Numbered from the stretch's first letter, positions 26,711-36,702 are shown. The stretch: 64,000 nucleotides of DNA from Candidatus Saccharimonadia bacterium (GCA_023257815.1 JALRBJ010000002.1:18787-82786), one strand, 5' to 3'. The notes: generated from the sequence alone by a model not told the origin. Numbers and translations are program-made.

Positions 26711-27004
26711 CTACTCAGTATCGTCAACTATGGTAACTTTATCTGACCATCCCTCGCCGCTCTCATCAGGTGTAATGCCTGCATCAAAAAGGTAGATAGT
26801 TCGTTCTACAGTTCCAGATCCAAGCCGTACCTTCGCGTTAGCCGTCCAGCGGTCATCGGTTTCACCGTCATACGTTGCTTCACTTGTGAACGTACCCGTT
26901 TGCACCACCTCTCCCCCAGGAACGTAAGTTATAAATCTTACCCCTGGTTCTACGTCATCCTTTGTAATAGCACTCTCAACTCTTGGGTGGTGGTTTCTAG
27001 TCAT
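26711..27004 (-). CDS. Hypothetical protein
   Basis: 97-aa acidic ORF that looks beta-rich. No family recognised. Confidence 0.45.
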   Translation of the reverse strand: MTRNHHPRVESAITKDDVEPGVRFITYVPGGEVVQTGTFTSEATYDGETDDRWTANAKVRLGSGTVERTIYLFDAGITPDESGEGWSDKVTIVDDTE

Positions 27005-27317
27005 AACCTTAAATAAACCACTATAGGCTTAGTTTCGCAAGCATAGGCTCTTTGGTTAAAGATACGTTATACATCTCGAGCAGGGGAATTTATCTTGAGG
27101 AAAAGCATTAAATATACAACTCTCGATGCTTTCGGACCGCAGATCCTCGTAGGTACTTAGCGCAACGGCGTCACGGGGTTACCTACAGAGGACCACACAG
27201 CAAAGGTCTTCACCGATGAACTGTGTGATGAAGTAATCATAACAGATGTATAGAATAAATAAAAAAGCCTCGCGAATAAAGCCTTTTTATCGTGTTTCTG
27301 CCTAACTACAACAAATG

Positions 27318-27611
27318 CTATGTCAGAGTTGCAAAAAAATATTCTACTTCTTCAGCCGACTGAAAGCCAAAAAGTTCAGCAACCTGTATAGCGTCTTTTG
27401 GATCTGCACCTGTAGTATCACATATAACATCAAGTATGGTAGCTGCTACCGCTGGATCATCGCACGCCATATCAACAAAATCACAACCGTTTGGCTTAAT
27501 ACCGTCCTCAATACCATCCAAAAAATCCTCTACAGGATGTGACCTTCTTGGCAAGCCCAACTTGTCTGGAGATATGTCTAGCCTACTTGTTCGGCCTACT
27601 TCTGCGCTCAT
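27318..27611 (-). CDS. Hypothetical protein
   Basis: 97-aa acidic ORF. No family recognised. Confidence 0.45.
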   Translation of the reverse strand: MSAEVGRTSRLDISPDKLGLPRRSHPVEDFLDGIEDGIKPNGCDFVDMACDDPAVAATILDVICDTTGADPKDAIQVAELFGFQSAEEVEYFFATLT

Positions 27612-27756
27612 AAAAAATATTAAACTCTATTATGTAATACAATGCAACATGCACAGCTTTGTTTTATTTCATTCGCTACGCCGAACTACCTGATACTTTT
27701 GTTTCACAAAAATTGATCGGGGGGTCGGATCACTCAAGCAACGGGCAAATAAAATA

Positions 27757-27772
27757 CCGACCAGATGGTCGG
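27757..27772 (-). terminator. Hairpin plus U-tract downstream of tRNA-Gln
   Basis: ccgacc-agat-ggtcgg. On the minus strand it is followed by TATTTTATTT. Confidence 0.55.
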
Positions 27773-27780
27773 AACTTTAT

Positions 27781-27854
27781 TTGGCTGGGGATGAGGGATT
27801 CGAACCCCCGATCATGGGACCAGAACCCACTGCCTTACCACTTGGCCAATCCCC
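27781..27854 (-). tRNA. tRNA-Gln (anticodon CUG), CCA encoded
   Basis: Hand-folded cloverleaf: acceptor TGGGGAT/ATCCCCA, D arm GCC/GGC, anticodon stem GTGGG/CCCAT with loop TTCTGGT, T arm GGGGG-TTCGAAT-CCCTC, 3' GCCA. Confidence 0.85.
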
Positions 27855-27907
27855 AGTACTATTTGGTCTGGTACAGTGATAAATTGTACCCTAAAACACG
27901 CCTTACC

Positions 27908-28369
27908 TCAAGAGGAGGCTTCGTGACGAAAGCGCGTATCAATAATTACCACGCTTAACAATAACCCTAGAAGCGCGCAGGCCCACAACACAGCCATGAT
28001 TCCACCTGGCATTTGCACAAACGTTGACAGCAACGCGCTATTTGATGCATGGGCGCTTGTAAGCGCAGCTATGAGCCAAAAAGTGCTTACTACACCACCT
28101 GCAAGTGCGCTTATCCCCCGCATCAATGGGCTAAGGTACATACCAAGCAAATACGGCAAGGCCAAGAGTTCTAGAATAACAAGAAGGGCTGCTAAGATTT
28201 CAACAGCTTGGTAGCTCATAATGGGCAAAACTACCGACAACACGCTAGCAAAGTCTTCGTACTTAAATAATTGTGCCACTAGCATAACGGTAATCATACT
28301 CACACACAGCAGGGCTATAATTTTAGTAGATTTTGTGCGGGCTGTACCGTAAGATCCGATTATTTTCAT
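27908..28369 (-). CDS. Integral membrane protein (MauE/DoxX-like)
   Basis: 153-aa ORF with four hydrophobic helices. Family assignment is tentative. Confidence 0.45.
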   Translation of the reverse strand: MKIIGSYGTARTKSTKIIALLCVSMITVMLVAQLFKYEDFASVLSVVLPIMSYQAVEILAALLVILELLALPYLLGMYLSPLMRGISALAGGVVSTFWLIAALTSAHASNSALLSTFVQMPGGIMAVLWACALLGLLLSVVIIDTRFRHEASS

Positions 28370-28541
28370 CTGTTATTTATTATAGCGCGCATAAACCGCT
28401 ACGTGGTGTTGTTATTTTCATCATTACGCTTGCGCTTTTTATAGCAAAGTATTAAAGTGATGTTCAGCGACATTACAAAAATAAAAACTCCAAACAAAAA
28501 TGTAATCGATCGCTCTACGATAAATCCACCACAACTTTAGA

Positions 28542-28560
28542 AGAGGGGCTCAGCCCCTCT
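28542..28560 (+). terminator. Orphan terminator-like hairpin
   Basis: agaggggc-tca-gcccctct followed by ATCTATTTTT on the + strand. No annotated + strand gene lies upstream. Confidence 0.3.
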
Positions 28561-28637
28561 ATCTATTTTTGAACTAAATTCAAAAATAACCACTCCCCCT
28601 AAAGTTCGCCTACCGGCTCATTGAGCAAGCCTACCTG

Positions 28638-29291
28638 CTATGAAGCTTTTCTACTATTTTGCTGGCGCCATTTGGCGATTTCGCCGTGATGACCACTCAG
28701 GAGCACATCTGGTACGCGCATACCTTGAAACTCCTCGGGGCGGGTAAACTGTGGGTATTCTAACGTTTCGCCGTCCGAAAAACTTTCAATTTCAGCACTA
28801 GTTGCTCCGCCCAATACCCCAGGAATTAAACGCACAATACTATCAATAATCGTCATGGCTGGCAGTTCCCCACCTGTCAGTACATAGTCACCGACACTCA
28901 GCTCTTGATCTACTAGGCTTACGATTCGCTCATCATAGCCTTCGTAGCGGCCACATATGAATATATAGCCGTGTTCATTAGCCGCATATTCTTTTGCCAA
29001 GGACTGCTGCCATCGTTCGCCCCGTGGAGTCATCAGTAGCACTTTCGCAGTTGAGTCTATCTGCTTTGCGTGCTCAACAGCCGCAAATAGCGGTTCTGGC
29101 TTGAGCAACATACCATCACCACCGCCATAGGGGGTATCGTCAACCTGCTTACGGGGGCCCAAACCGAATTGACGTAAATCAATTGTAGATAGTTCGGCCA
29201 GTTCACCGTTTTGAGCCTTCCACATCATGGAACTACCAAACACACCCGTGAACATGTCTGGAAACAACGTTATTACTTGAAACTTTCTCAT
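28638..29291 (-). CDS. trmD: tRNA (guanine37-N1)-methyltransferase
   Basis: 217-aa ORF with typical TrmD sequence (DDTPYGGGDGMLL, GRYEGYDERI, GDYVLTGGELPAM). Confidence 0.9.
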   Translation of the reverse strand: MRKFQVITLFPDMFTGVFGSSMMWKAQNGELAELSTIDLRQFGLGPRKQVDDTPYGGGDGMLLKPEPLFAAVEHAKQIDSTAKVLLMTPRGERWQQSLAKEYAANEHGYIFICGRYEGYDERIVSLVDQELSVGDYVLTGGELPAMTIIDSIVRLIPGVLGGATSAEIESFSDGETLEYPQFTRPEEFQGMRVPDVLLSGHHGEIAKWRQQNSRKAS

Positions 29292-29312
29292 CTGTTACTA
29301 GCCTAACAGCTA

Positions 29313-29341
29313 TTGACTTTTTTGTCTATAAGTGTTAATAT
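29313..29341 (+). promoter_or_regulatory. Sigma70-type promoter, TTGACT-N17-TGtTAATAT
   Basis: -35 at 29313-29318 and extended -10 at 29333-29341, about 60 nt upstream of the ATG at 29405. Confidence 0.45.
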
Positions 29342-29404
29342 CTATTTATAAATTGCATATCGAGATAAGATGTGCAATGGTGCATCTTAGAAAGTTAGGT
29401 CACG

Positions 29405-29659
29405 ATGATTGGGATCGTTATCTTTGGTCTTGTAACAGCCGGCGCAGGCATCTTACTGATGTTGTGCATCAGTACCGACCACGATGGAGTTTTACTTTTT
29501 ATCGCCGTAGTACTAGTTGCAGGCGGCATAGCTCTTATTCTTGGCGTAGCTGTCGAGAACAGCATCACGGTCAACAAGACGTGTATGCAGCAGCAAACAA
29601 GACCTCACCACCACAACAAATCCATGAACAGGGATACCTTCGACCACGAAGCCCTGTGA
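29405..29659 (+). CDS. Small two-TM membrane protein on a GC-shifted segment
   Basis: 84-aa ORF with two hydrophobic helices and a His-rich tail (TRPHHHNKS). Antisense to the surrounding rpsP...trmD genes. Confidence 0.4.
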   Translation: MIGIVIFGLVTAGAGILLMLCISTDHDGVLLFIAVVLVAGGIALILGVAVENSITVNKTCMQQQTRPHHHNKSMNRDTFDHEAL

Positions 29660-29957
29660 GGTGATGCTGAGCTACGACGAGGAAGCTCTATCTCGCCGGC
29701 GTGCAGGTCGTGGCTACGCCCGAGGTACTAGAGGCTATTTGCAAGAAATAGCCCGCCATAAGCCCTCTGAAGGAAGCTCGCTGTTGAGTTGCAATACGCA
29801 CTCCGGCTTGTAGCTCCTTCAGGGGGCTTTCTTCATTGCAAATAAAAAACGCCCTGATTTTCGGACGTTTTTTATCACATATAAGGCTCTCAAACCTGTA
29901 GGTTTGCTCGCATAGAGCTTCTTTTTGAGTTCTCGCAGTTGTTTGAACTAATGCTTA

Positions 29958-30371
29958 TTATATATCGAGGTCATCTAGCTCGGCAAGCTCTTTACGAGTA
30001 TTTTTTGCCAAATCTGATTCATTGTTTTCCACAGTCTCATCTGTTGATTCATCCACATCCTGGCTTGAATCGTCGTTTGATGTGCTAGTGTAGTTTTCGC
30101 GTTCATCATCGTTGTTAACGATTTTGAGGTTGTAGCGAGCATCGTTCTTTGTACCTAGAGCACGCAACAGGGTACGTAGACTCTGCGCAGTCATGCCACG
30201 TTTACCGATTACACGACCTAGATCGTCTGGATTGACTGTTAGTGTAAGCAAGACGCCCTTTTCATCAATAATTCGCTCAATGACTACGTCATCGGGATGT
30301 CCAACTAATGATTTTACGATGTACTCAACGAACTGCTGATCAATTGTTGACATATTTCCCTCCTCAGCCAC
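29958..30371 (-). CDS. KH-domain RNA-binding protein (YlqC-like) with acidic C-terminal tail
   Basis: 137-aa ORF with GRVIGKRGMTAQSLRTLL (GXXG KH motif). Sits in the usual position downstream of rpsP. Confidence 0.7.
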   Translation of the reverse strand: MAEEGNMSTIDQQFVEYIVKSLVGHPDDVVIERIIDEKGVLLTLTVNPDDLGRVIGKRGMTAQSLRTLLRALGTKNDARYNLKIVNNDDERENYTSTSNDDSSQDVDESTDETVENNESDLAKNTRKELAELDDLDI

Positions 30372-30438
30372 TACCAGTATTCATTTTATTGTACCATGTT
30401 GCTTGAGCTAGGATAGCAACTTAAGATAATTTCCTACT

Positions 30439-30465
30439 AAAATGGCCCCTAGATGGAGCCATTTT
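30439..30465 (-). terminator. Hairpin plus U-tract after rpsP
   Basis: aaaatggc...gccatttt. On the minus strand it is followed by TTTTAG. Confidence 0.45.
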
Positions 30466-30483
30466 AAAGCTAAAACACTTTGA

Positions 30484-30879
30484 CTACTCTTGAGCTGCTT
30501 CGGTAGAAGTATCTTCGGACGCGGTCTCTTCGACTACTGGCGCTTCCTCAGTAATTTCTTCTTTTGGCTGGTTCTTGCGAAGCTTTTCAAGATTCTTGAC
30601 GTCTTTTTTCTTATCAGCCGTTGGCTCTTTTACCCATTTTGGTAATGAAACTCCGGCAGCCTTTAGTAATTTGACTACACGTGGAGTTGGCTGAGCACCA
30701 TTATTTAGGTACTTCTGAACTGCTTCAACTTGTACGTTGGCTTCTTTGGTGTGTGGATTATAGCTCCCCACGTAAGCAACTACACGGCCACTTGACGGGT
30801 GGCGCTGTGCTTCTTGAACGGCTAATCGGTAAACTGGGTAGCCTTTACGGCCAACTCGTTGCAGGCGAATCGCGAGCAT
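30484..30879 (-). CDS. rpsP: 30S ribosomal protein S16 (with C-terminal extension)
   Basis: MLAIRLQRVGRKGYPVYRLAV is the canonical S16 N-terminus. Confidence 0.9.
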   Translation of the reverse strand: MLAIRLQRVGRKGYPVYRLAVQEAQRHPSSGRVVAYVGSYNPHTKEANVQVEAVQKYLNNGAQPTPRVVKLLKAAGVSLPKWVKEPTADKKKDVKNLEKLRKNQPKEEITEEAPVVEETASEDTSTEAAQE

Positions 30880-30965
30880 AATTAGTAAAACTTCCTTTTA
30901 ATACGTTAGATTTGGTATTGCTACTTTGTACGATTCTACCCTACTTCTAGGATTTCGTCAATCTG

Positions 30966-31682
30966 TTAGGGTAGTTTTCTGCTCTGATACTTTTTTAAAG
31001 CGGCTTTAGCGGCCTCTTGCTGAGCAACTTGCTTTGAATGACCAACACCCTGCGCCATTAGCGTACCGTTCACATACACACCCAATGTAAAGACTTTGTC
31101 GTGATCTGGACCAACTTCATCAAGCACTTTGTACTGTGGTGTTGCACTATCAACTCGCTGCGATACCTCTTGTAAGTGTGACTTTGGATCACGCCAAGTA
31201 CCTTCAGCCAAGATTAATTCTAATTTTGAGGTGATATGTTTGTTAATGAAGGCCTCGGCGTCATCATATCCACGCTCTAGGTAGATTGCACCAATTACGG
31301 CTTCGAACGCATTGGCAAGAATTTGCTGACGCGCACGCTCACTACCTTGCCTTTCGCCTTTACTCATACGTAGTAGTGGTTCATAGCCAAGTTTATCACC
31401 GGCCTCACCAATGCTTTCAGTACGTACCAGTGCTGCTCGCCAACTAGTAAGTATACCTTCTGGCTCTTGGTAATTCTTAAACAGGTAGTCTGTTACTGCT
31501 AACTCAAGGACAGCATCTCCCAAAAACTCAAGGCGTTCATTGTGTTCTTTGGTACTCTTTTTATGCTCGTTTACATAGCTACGGTGCGTAAGCGCTGTAA
31601 TCAAAAGCTCAATGTTAGTAAACTCAAACCCAAATGCCTGCTTGGCAAATTCCTGATATGGTGCAGTTGGCATGCCGCTCAT
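30966..31682 (-). CDS. rnc: Ribonuclease III
   Basis: 238-aa ORF with the ERLEFLGDAVL signature and a C-terminal dsRBD. Confidence 0.9.
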   Translation of the reverse strand: MSGMPTAPYQEFAKQAFGFEFTNIELLITALTHRSYVNEHKKSTKEHNERLEFLGDAVLELAVTDYLFKNYQEPEGILTSWRAALVRTESIGEAGDKLGYEPLLRMSKGERQGSERARQQILANAFEAVIGAIYLERGYDDAEAFINKHITSKLELILAEGTWRDPKSHLQEVSQRVDSATPQYKVLDEVGPDHDKVFTLGVYVNGTLMAQGVGHSKQVAQQEAAKAALKKYQSRKLP

Positions 31683-32180
31683 CTATAAGTTCTCCTGACG
31701 TATACGTTTCATGGCGAGTAACATCAATTTACCAATGTCTTCATATTCAATTGCATCAAGTGCATCATGAAACTTAAACCACTTAATACCGTTCATCCAT
31801 TCTTCTTTCTGAATGGCGTTCGTATCGCCTTTAGCCCTAACTAAATAAATCTGAGTTGTCATAAGTACCAATTTATCGATGCGACGGTAGCGAAAATGAA
31901 TCTTACCAAGCCAGCCTAATATATCAACCTGTTTTAGGCCCGCTTCCTCACCTATTTCACGCCGAGCGGTTTCTTGTGCAGTTTCACCTTCTTCAATATG
32001 GCCTTTCGGTATTGTCCAGCGATCCTTCGCATCTTGAATAAGCAAGATCTCAATCTCATTATCGTTATTACGACGGAATACTATACCTCCAGCGGTAGGT
32101 TCACGAACGATTTCTTGAATTGACGGCTTACGACCGCGATTAAAATATTTCTTAAATTTATCAGCTATTGGCTGTTGCAT
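31683..32180 (-). CDS. NUDIX hydrolase
   Basis: Nudix box GHIEEGETAQETARREIGEEAGL. Start taken at MQQPIADKF (32180). The longer tracked ORF runs deep into nusB. Confidence 0.7.
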   Translation of the reverse strand: MQQPIADKFKKYFNRGRKPSIQEIVREPTAGGIVFRRNNDNEIEILLIQDAKDRWTIPKGHIEEGETAQETARREIGEEAGLKQVDILGWLGKIHFRYRRIDKLVLMTTQIYLVRAKGDTNAIQKEEWMNGIKWFKFHDALDAIEYEDIGKLMLLAMKRIRQENL

Positions 32181-32625
32181 TTGGCTGATCCTCTGTTTCG
32201 ACAAGCGTTCGGTAGGCGGTACCAAGCACACCGTTAATGAACTTACTTGAATTATCGGAACCAAATGCTTTGGCAAGCTCAACAGCCTCATTAATCACTA
32301 CTTTGGGTGGAACTGATGCAGCTTTGTATAAAAGCTCGTAAAGCCCGATCCGCAGGACGTTACGATCAATCCGAGCAATTTGATCAAGTGGCCAACCTGG
32401 AGCCATTGGCTGTAACTTTTCATCAAGTTCAGTTTGATGCTTAAGTACGCCATCTACAAGTTCGTTAACGAATGCTGTGTCATCAATAGCTTCTTTGTAG
32501 CGCTCTATATTACGGTCGAGTATCTCGTTTAGGTCAAGATTCTTATCCTCCGACTGATGACGAAACTCGTACTCATACAATGTTTGTAGAGCAACAATTC
32601 TTCCTAAGTGTCGGTTTGATGCCAT
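32161..32625 (-). CDS. nusB: Transcription antitermination factor NusB
   Basis: 154-aa ORF with a typical NusB helical fold sequence (RIVALQTLYEYEF..., INEAVELAKAFG). Confidence 0.85.
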   Translation of the reverse strand: MASNRHLGRIVALQTLYEYEFRHQSEDKNLDLNEILDRNIERYKEAIDDTAFVNELVDGVLKHQTELDEKLQPMAPGWPLDQIARIDRNVLRIGLYELLYKAASVPPKVVINEAVELAKAFGSDNSSKFINGVLGTAYRTLVETEDQPNATANS

Positions 32626-32694
32626 TTCGATTTGGTTCTTTCTGATTTAGTACAATGCCCACCAACCCCTATAACGGGGTAAGATACGACAAGA

Positions 32695-32838
32695 TTATTT
32701 TTGCTTGCCTGTTTCGCGCTTGGTGGTGCGCACCTTTACCGGTGATTTTGCGTTAACTGCACGTGCAAGCTTAAGACGCAGATGACTGCGACGAAGTCCG
32801 GTTTTACGCGGGCTTGACTGTTTCTTTGGCTGAGCCAT
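32695..32838 (-). CDS. rpmF: 50S ribosomal protein L32
   Basis: 47-aa ORF missing from the track (below the size cutoff): MAQPKKQSSPRKTGLRRSHLRLKLARAVNAKSPVKVRTTKRETGKQK. The N-terminus matches the L32 pattern MAxPKxKxSxxRxxxRRxH. Confidence 0.75.
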   Translation of the reverse strand: MAQPKKQSSPRKTGLRRSHLRLKLARAVNAKSPVKVRTTKRETGKQK

Positions 32839-32915
32839 GAAATGTTCTCCTTTTCAGGTTGGTATAAACTTAAAGCCGATTATACCCGAAAAACATTGTT
32901 TTCTCAAGAGGTTAG

Positions 32916-35342
32916 TTATACGACAATATTCACTAAACGACCAGGCACGTACACAACCTTTTTTGGCTGCTTGCCATCAAGGAACCGCTGTACATTCTCG
33001 TTTGTCATTGCAGCAGTAGTTGCGTCATCCTGCGTAGAATCTGCCGAAAGCTCAATTGTTGCGCGCAGCTTACCATTCACCTGGACTGCAACTGTTATCA
33101 CGCTTGCCTGGGTAAGGGCATCGTCCCATGTAGGCCACTCAGTGGTATCAAGCGGCCCATCGTGGCCAAGCTGTTGCCATAATTCTGCAGTCATGTGCGG
33201 TGCAAATGGTGCTAGTAGCTGTACGAGGGTTTCGATATGAATCTGCCAATCAGATGTAAAACCGGTCGTTTTCGCCTTGTATAATTCGTTTACGTACTCC
33301 ATAAGTGCAGCAATGGCCGTATTAAAACCTAACGAATGATAATCACGTGTAACCTTTTTGATCGTCTTGTGACGCAGAGCTTCTAAATCATCTTGCTTAC
33401 CGGCTTCTTGTGGTGAAGCCCCTAAATATTCCTGAGCTAACGTCCACACGCGGTTAAGAAAACGATATACGCCGCCGATCCCCTGGCTACTCCAAGCTGA
33501 ATCAAGTTCAATCGGTCCCATGAATAGTACATACGTTCGCAGCGTATCAGCACCATACCCTTGGTCAATAATATCGAGCGGATCAATCACATTACCAAAG
33601 CTCTTGCTCATCTTGCGGCCGTCTTCGGCATTCACATAACCATGGTATACCAGCTTCTTGACTGGCTCACGTACGTCAACCAAGCCCATCTTCTTAAACA
33701 CATGGCTCCAAAAGCGAACATACAATAGGTGAGCAACTGCGTGATCGCCGCCAACGTAATAATCAAGGGGTGCCCAATAATTGGCCTTTTCAGGATTCCA
33801 CGCTTGCTTGGCATTGTTTGGATCAGTGTAGCGGAGCAAGTACCAACTTGAGCAGGCATACCCATCCATTGTGTCAGTCTCTCGCTTAGCTGGCTTACCA
33901 CACTCAGGACACGTTGTGTTAACCCAGTCCTCAACACCGGCTAAAGCTGAGCCACCCTCACCTTTTGGCGCATACTCTTTAACTTCTGGCAATACAACGG
34001 GTAAATCAGCCTCTGGAACAGCTACCGCACCATGCTCGTCGCAGTGAATAATCGGAATTGGCGCGCCCCAATAACGTTGACGACTAATCAGCCAGTCGCG
34101 CATCTTATAGGTAATTTTGCTTTTACCGACACCTTGTTCTTTAAGCCAAGCAACAATGACCTCTCGCGCATCGCTAGTAGGCGTACCATCAAAAGCACCA
34201 GAATTTTGCAATGTACCTTCACTAATTATCACGCCATCGTCATTCTTCACACCATCAATCACATTCACCACGGGTAATGAAAACTTTTCAGCAAACGCCA
34301 AATCACGCTCATCGTGCGCAGGAACAGCCATAACTGCACCCGTTCCATAGCCACCAAGCACGTAATCAGCTACCCAAATAGGAATCTTTTCACCAGTTGC
34401 TGGATTAATAGCATGACTACCTGTAAAGACGCCTGTTTTTTCTTTACCTTCATTCATTCGATCAATTTCAGACTTTTTTAGAGCATCGGCAACATAGTTT
34501 TCAACAACTTGTTTTGTATCCTCATTCACCAACTTATTAACCAGCTGGTGTTCTGGAGCAATCACCATAAACGTAGCACCAAAAATTGTATCTGGACGAG
34601 TTGTAAATACCGTTAACTCTTCATTTTGGCCATCAATAACAAAGGTAATCTCGGCGCCCTCACTCCGCCCAATCCAGTTTGTTTGAGCTGTCTTAATCTT
34701 TTCTGGCCAATCAAGGTCTGGAATTTCTGCAAGCAAATCATCTGCATAGTCAGTAATTTTGAAGAACCATTGTTTCATGGAGCGTTTTTCAACTTCATTA
34801 CCACAGCGCCAACATTTACCGCCTTCAACCTGTTCATTTGCAAGTACAGTTTTGTCTACAGGACACCACCACTGCATGCTTTGTTTTTGGTAGGCAAGGC
34901 CTTGTTTAAAGAATTCAGTAAATACCCACTGTGTCCACTTGTAGTAATCAGGGTCAGATGTATTAATCTCGCGTGACCAGTCAATCGATACACCCATGCG
35001 TTTGAATTGGCGCTTAAAATTAGCGATGTTTTCGACTGTCACCTTAGCTGGTGCCTTACCCGTTTTGATTGCATAATTTTCGGCGGGCAAACCAAATGTA
35101 TCCCAACCCATTGGATTGAGTACATTGTACCCATGAGTTCGATAAAAACGAGCTATCGTATCGACGATGGTATAGCTAAAAGCGTGCCCCGAATGGAGAC
35201 CACTCGCGCTTGGATACGGGAACATTCCCGATACATATAATTTTGGTTTGGTTGAGTCTTCGTTAACTTCGTAGCGCGACTGGTCTTCCCAAATCTTTTG
35301 CCATTTAGTTTCGAGCTCGCTTGGATTAAAGCGTTTCATCAC
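32916..35342 (-). CDS. leuS: Leucine--tRNA ligase
   Basis: 808-aa ORF with a HIGH-type motif (PYPSASGLHSGH), KMSKS and a CP1 editing domain. Confidence 0.95.
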   Translation of the reverse strand: MMKRFNPSELETKWQKIWEDQSRYEVNEDSTKPKLYVSGMFPYPSASGLHSGHAFSYTIVDTIARFYRTHGYNVLNPMGWDTFGLPAENYAIKTGKAPAKVTVENIANFKRQFKRMGVSIDWSREINTSDPDYYKWTQWVFTEFFKQGLAYQKQSMQWWCPVDKTVLANEQVEGGKCWRCGNEVEKRSMKQWFFKITDYADDLLAEIPDLDWPEKIKTAQTNWIGRSEGAEITFVIDGQNEELTVFTTRPDTIFGATFMVIAPEHQLVNKLVNEDTKQVVENYVADALKKSEIDRMNEGKEKTGVFTGSHAINPATGEKIPIWVADYVLGGYGTGAVMAVPAHDERDLAFAEKFSLPVVNVIDGVKNDDGVIISEGTLQNSGAFDGTPTSDAREVIVAWLKEQGVGKSKITYKMRDWLISRQRYWGAPIPIIHCDEHGAVAVPEADLPVVLPEVKEYAPKGEGGSALAGVEDWVNTTCPECGKPAKRETDTMDGYACSSWYLLRYTDPNNAKQAWNPEKANYWAPLDYYVGGDHAVAHLLYVRFWSHVFKKMGLVDVREPVKKLVYHGYVNAEDGRKMSKSFGNVIDPLDIIDQGYGADTLRTYVLFMGPIELDSAWSSQGIGGVYRFLNRVWTLAQEYLGASPQEAGKQDDLEALRHKTIKKVTRDYHSLGFNTAIAALMEYVNELYKAKTTGFTSDWQIHIETLVQLLAPFAPHMTAELWQQLGHDGPLDTTEWPTWDDALTQASVITVAVQVNGKLRATIELSADSTQDDATTAAMTNENVQRFLDGKQPKKVVYVPGRLVNIVV

Positions 35343-35412
35343 TGGTCAGTATAGCATTTAGAGTAGATTATCGACAGAGCTTTGAGCGCACTTCATGGAT
35401 AGAGATGCATAT

Positions 35413-36702
35413 TTATTTAGTTAAGCCAGAAAAGAACTCTGATTTTGTATGTATCCATTCAGGCGATTGGCGCACAAGCTGTTGATTGTCTTCAGGTGAA
35501 TGAAGCAGCTCTTTTACCGCCTCTTCTGCATACACATCACCCTGTGATCCTTTTGCCAAAATAACTGCTTTTTCTTCCATAACTTTGTGTACAAAAGCAC
35601 CAGCATCAATAGCACTCTTAAACGAACGAACTTGGCAACCACGTGCCCGTGCAGCTGGTGCCAGATATTTTTCGGCTTCGGTACCAATTGTAACTACCCA
35701 TGACAGCAAAGCTGGGTCGCATAAGCTACCTAATTTCTCGTGTTCATCTGCCGATAATTCACCAAGTTCATTCATGCTGCCTAAAATTGCTATGCGCTCA
35801 GGTGCTTGTAGCTTATACAATGTTTGTAGCGCAGCCGCAGCCGCAGCGGGGCTAGAGTTGTAGGTATCATCAATCAAAATAGAGCCCATCATCCCACGCA
35901 GTAAATTCATACGACCCTTAACAGGAACAACGTCTTCTACACCTGCAGCTATTTCGGTTGGATTCATGCCCAGTTTTGCAGCCACGGCAACCGCACCAGC
36001 AACCGAACGTAGGCTATGCTCACCTATTACCCGAATATCCGCTGGATAGGTTTCGGCGTAGCCAGATATGACAAGCCAAGCTTGAAACCCATGCTGAACA
36101 TCAAAATCTTTTACTTCTATCCTATATTCAGCCGCAGCCGTGGTTCCATATGTATCAATGTTTTGATTTGTTAATAAATCGGCAAACCTACCGTCAATAT
36201 CGTCACGATTAATAATTGCTAATTCACTAAAGTTAGCTAGCGACAGCTCTTCCTGTGCAACCGTTTCAATAGTGCCAAAGGCATGCATATGCTCCTGCGA
36301 GACAGCAGTTACTACACCGATAGATGGTCGTAAGTACGTTCCAAAATGTGCAATTTCACCAGGATGATCCGTACCGAGTTCTTGCACTATTACATCTACG
36401 TCGGCTGGTTGTCGCACGCGTTTTTGCACTGCCATCAGAACCTTTAGCCAGGCAATCACGCTATGGACTTTCCCTACCGGATATTCAACTCCCAAGATAC
36501 CAAGCGGGGCGCTCATTTCCGTATTGTGGTTGCTATCCTCCATACGCACCCGATATTTCTTAGCAAGTACCGTCGCTATAGCGGTCTTGGTGCTGGTCTT
36601 ACCAACACTGCCAGCGACTGCTACCAGCTTTACTTCAGGGTGCTTTTTAAAATATTGCTTTACGTAGTATTCAAGCCGTTTTTGAATGAAATCTTTAAAC
36701 AT
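35413..36702 (-). CDS. murF: UDP-N-acetylmuramoyl-tripeptide--D-alanyl-D-alanine ligase
   Basis: 429-aa Mur ligase with P-loop GSVGKTSTK and the MurF-type DDTYNSSP motif. Confidence 0.8.
   Translation of the reverse strand: MFKDFIQKRLEYYVKQYFKKHPEVKLVAVAGSVGKTSTKTAIATVLAKKYRVRMEDSNHNTEMSAPLGILGVEYPVGKVHSVIAWLKVLMAVQKRVRQPADVDVIVQELGTDHPGEIAHFGTYLRPSIGVVTAVSQEHMHAFGTIETVAQEELSLANFSELAIINRDDIDGRFADLLTNQNIDTYGTTAAAEYRIEVKDFDVQHGFQAWLVISGYAETYPADIRVIGEHSLRSVAGAVAVAAKLGMNPTEIAAGVEDVVPVKGRMNLLRGMMGSILIDDTYNSSPAAAAAALQTLYKLQAPERIAILGSMNELGELSADEHEKLGSLCDPALLSWVVTIGTEAEKYLAPAARARGCQVRSFKSAIDAGAFVHKVMEEKAVILAKGSQGDVYAEEAVKELLHSPEDNQQLVRQSPEWIHTKSEFFSGLTK

Noticed and set aside
27659-27958. A 99-aa + strand ORF.
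   Set aside because: It runs straight through the tRNA-Gln gene and its terminator.
31683-32291. The long (202-aa) version of the NUDIX ORF.
   Set aside because: The first 37 codons lie inside nusB in another frame. The internal ATG at 32180 gives a normal-length Nudix protein.
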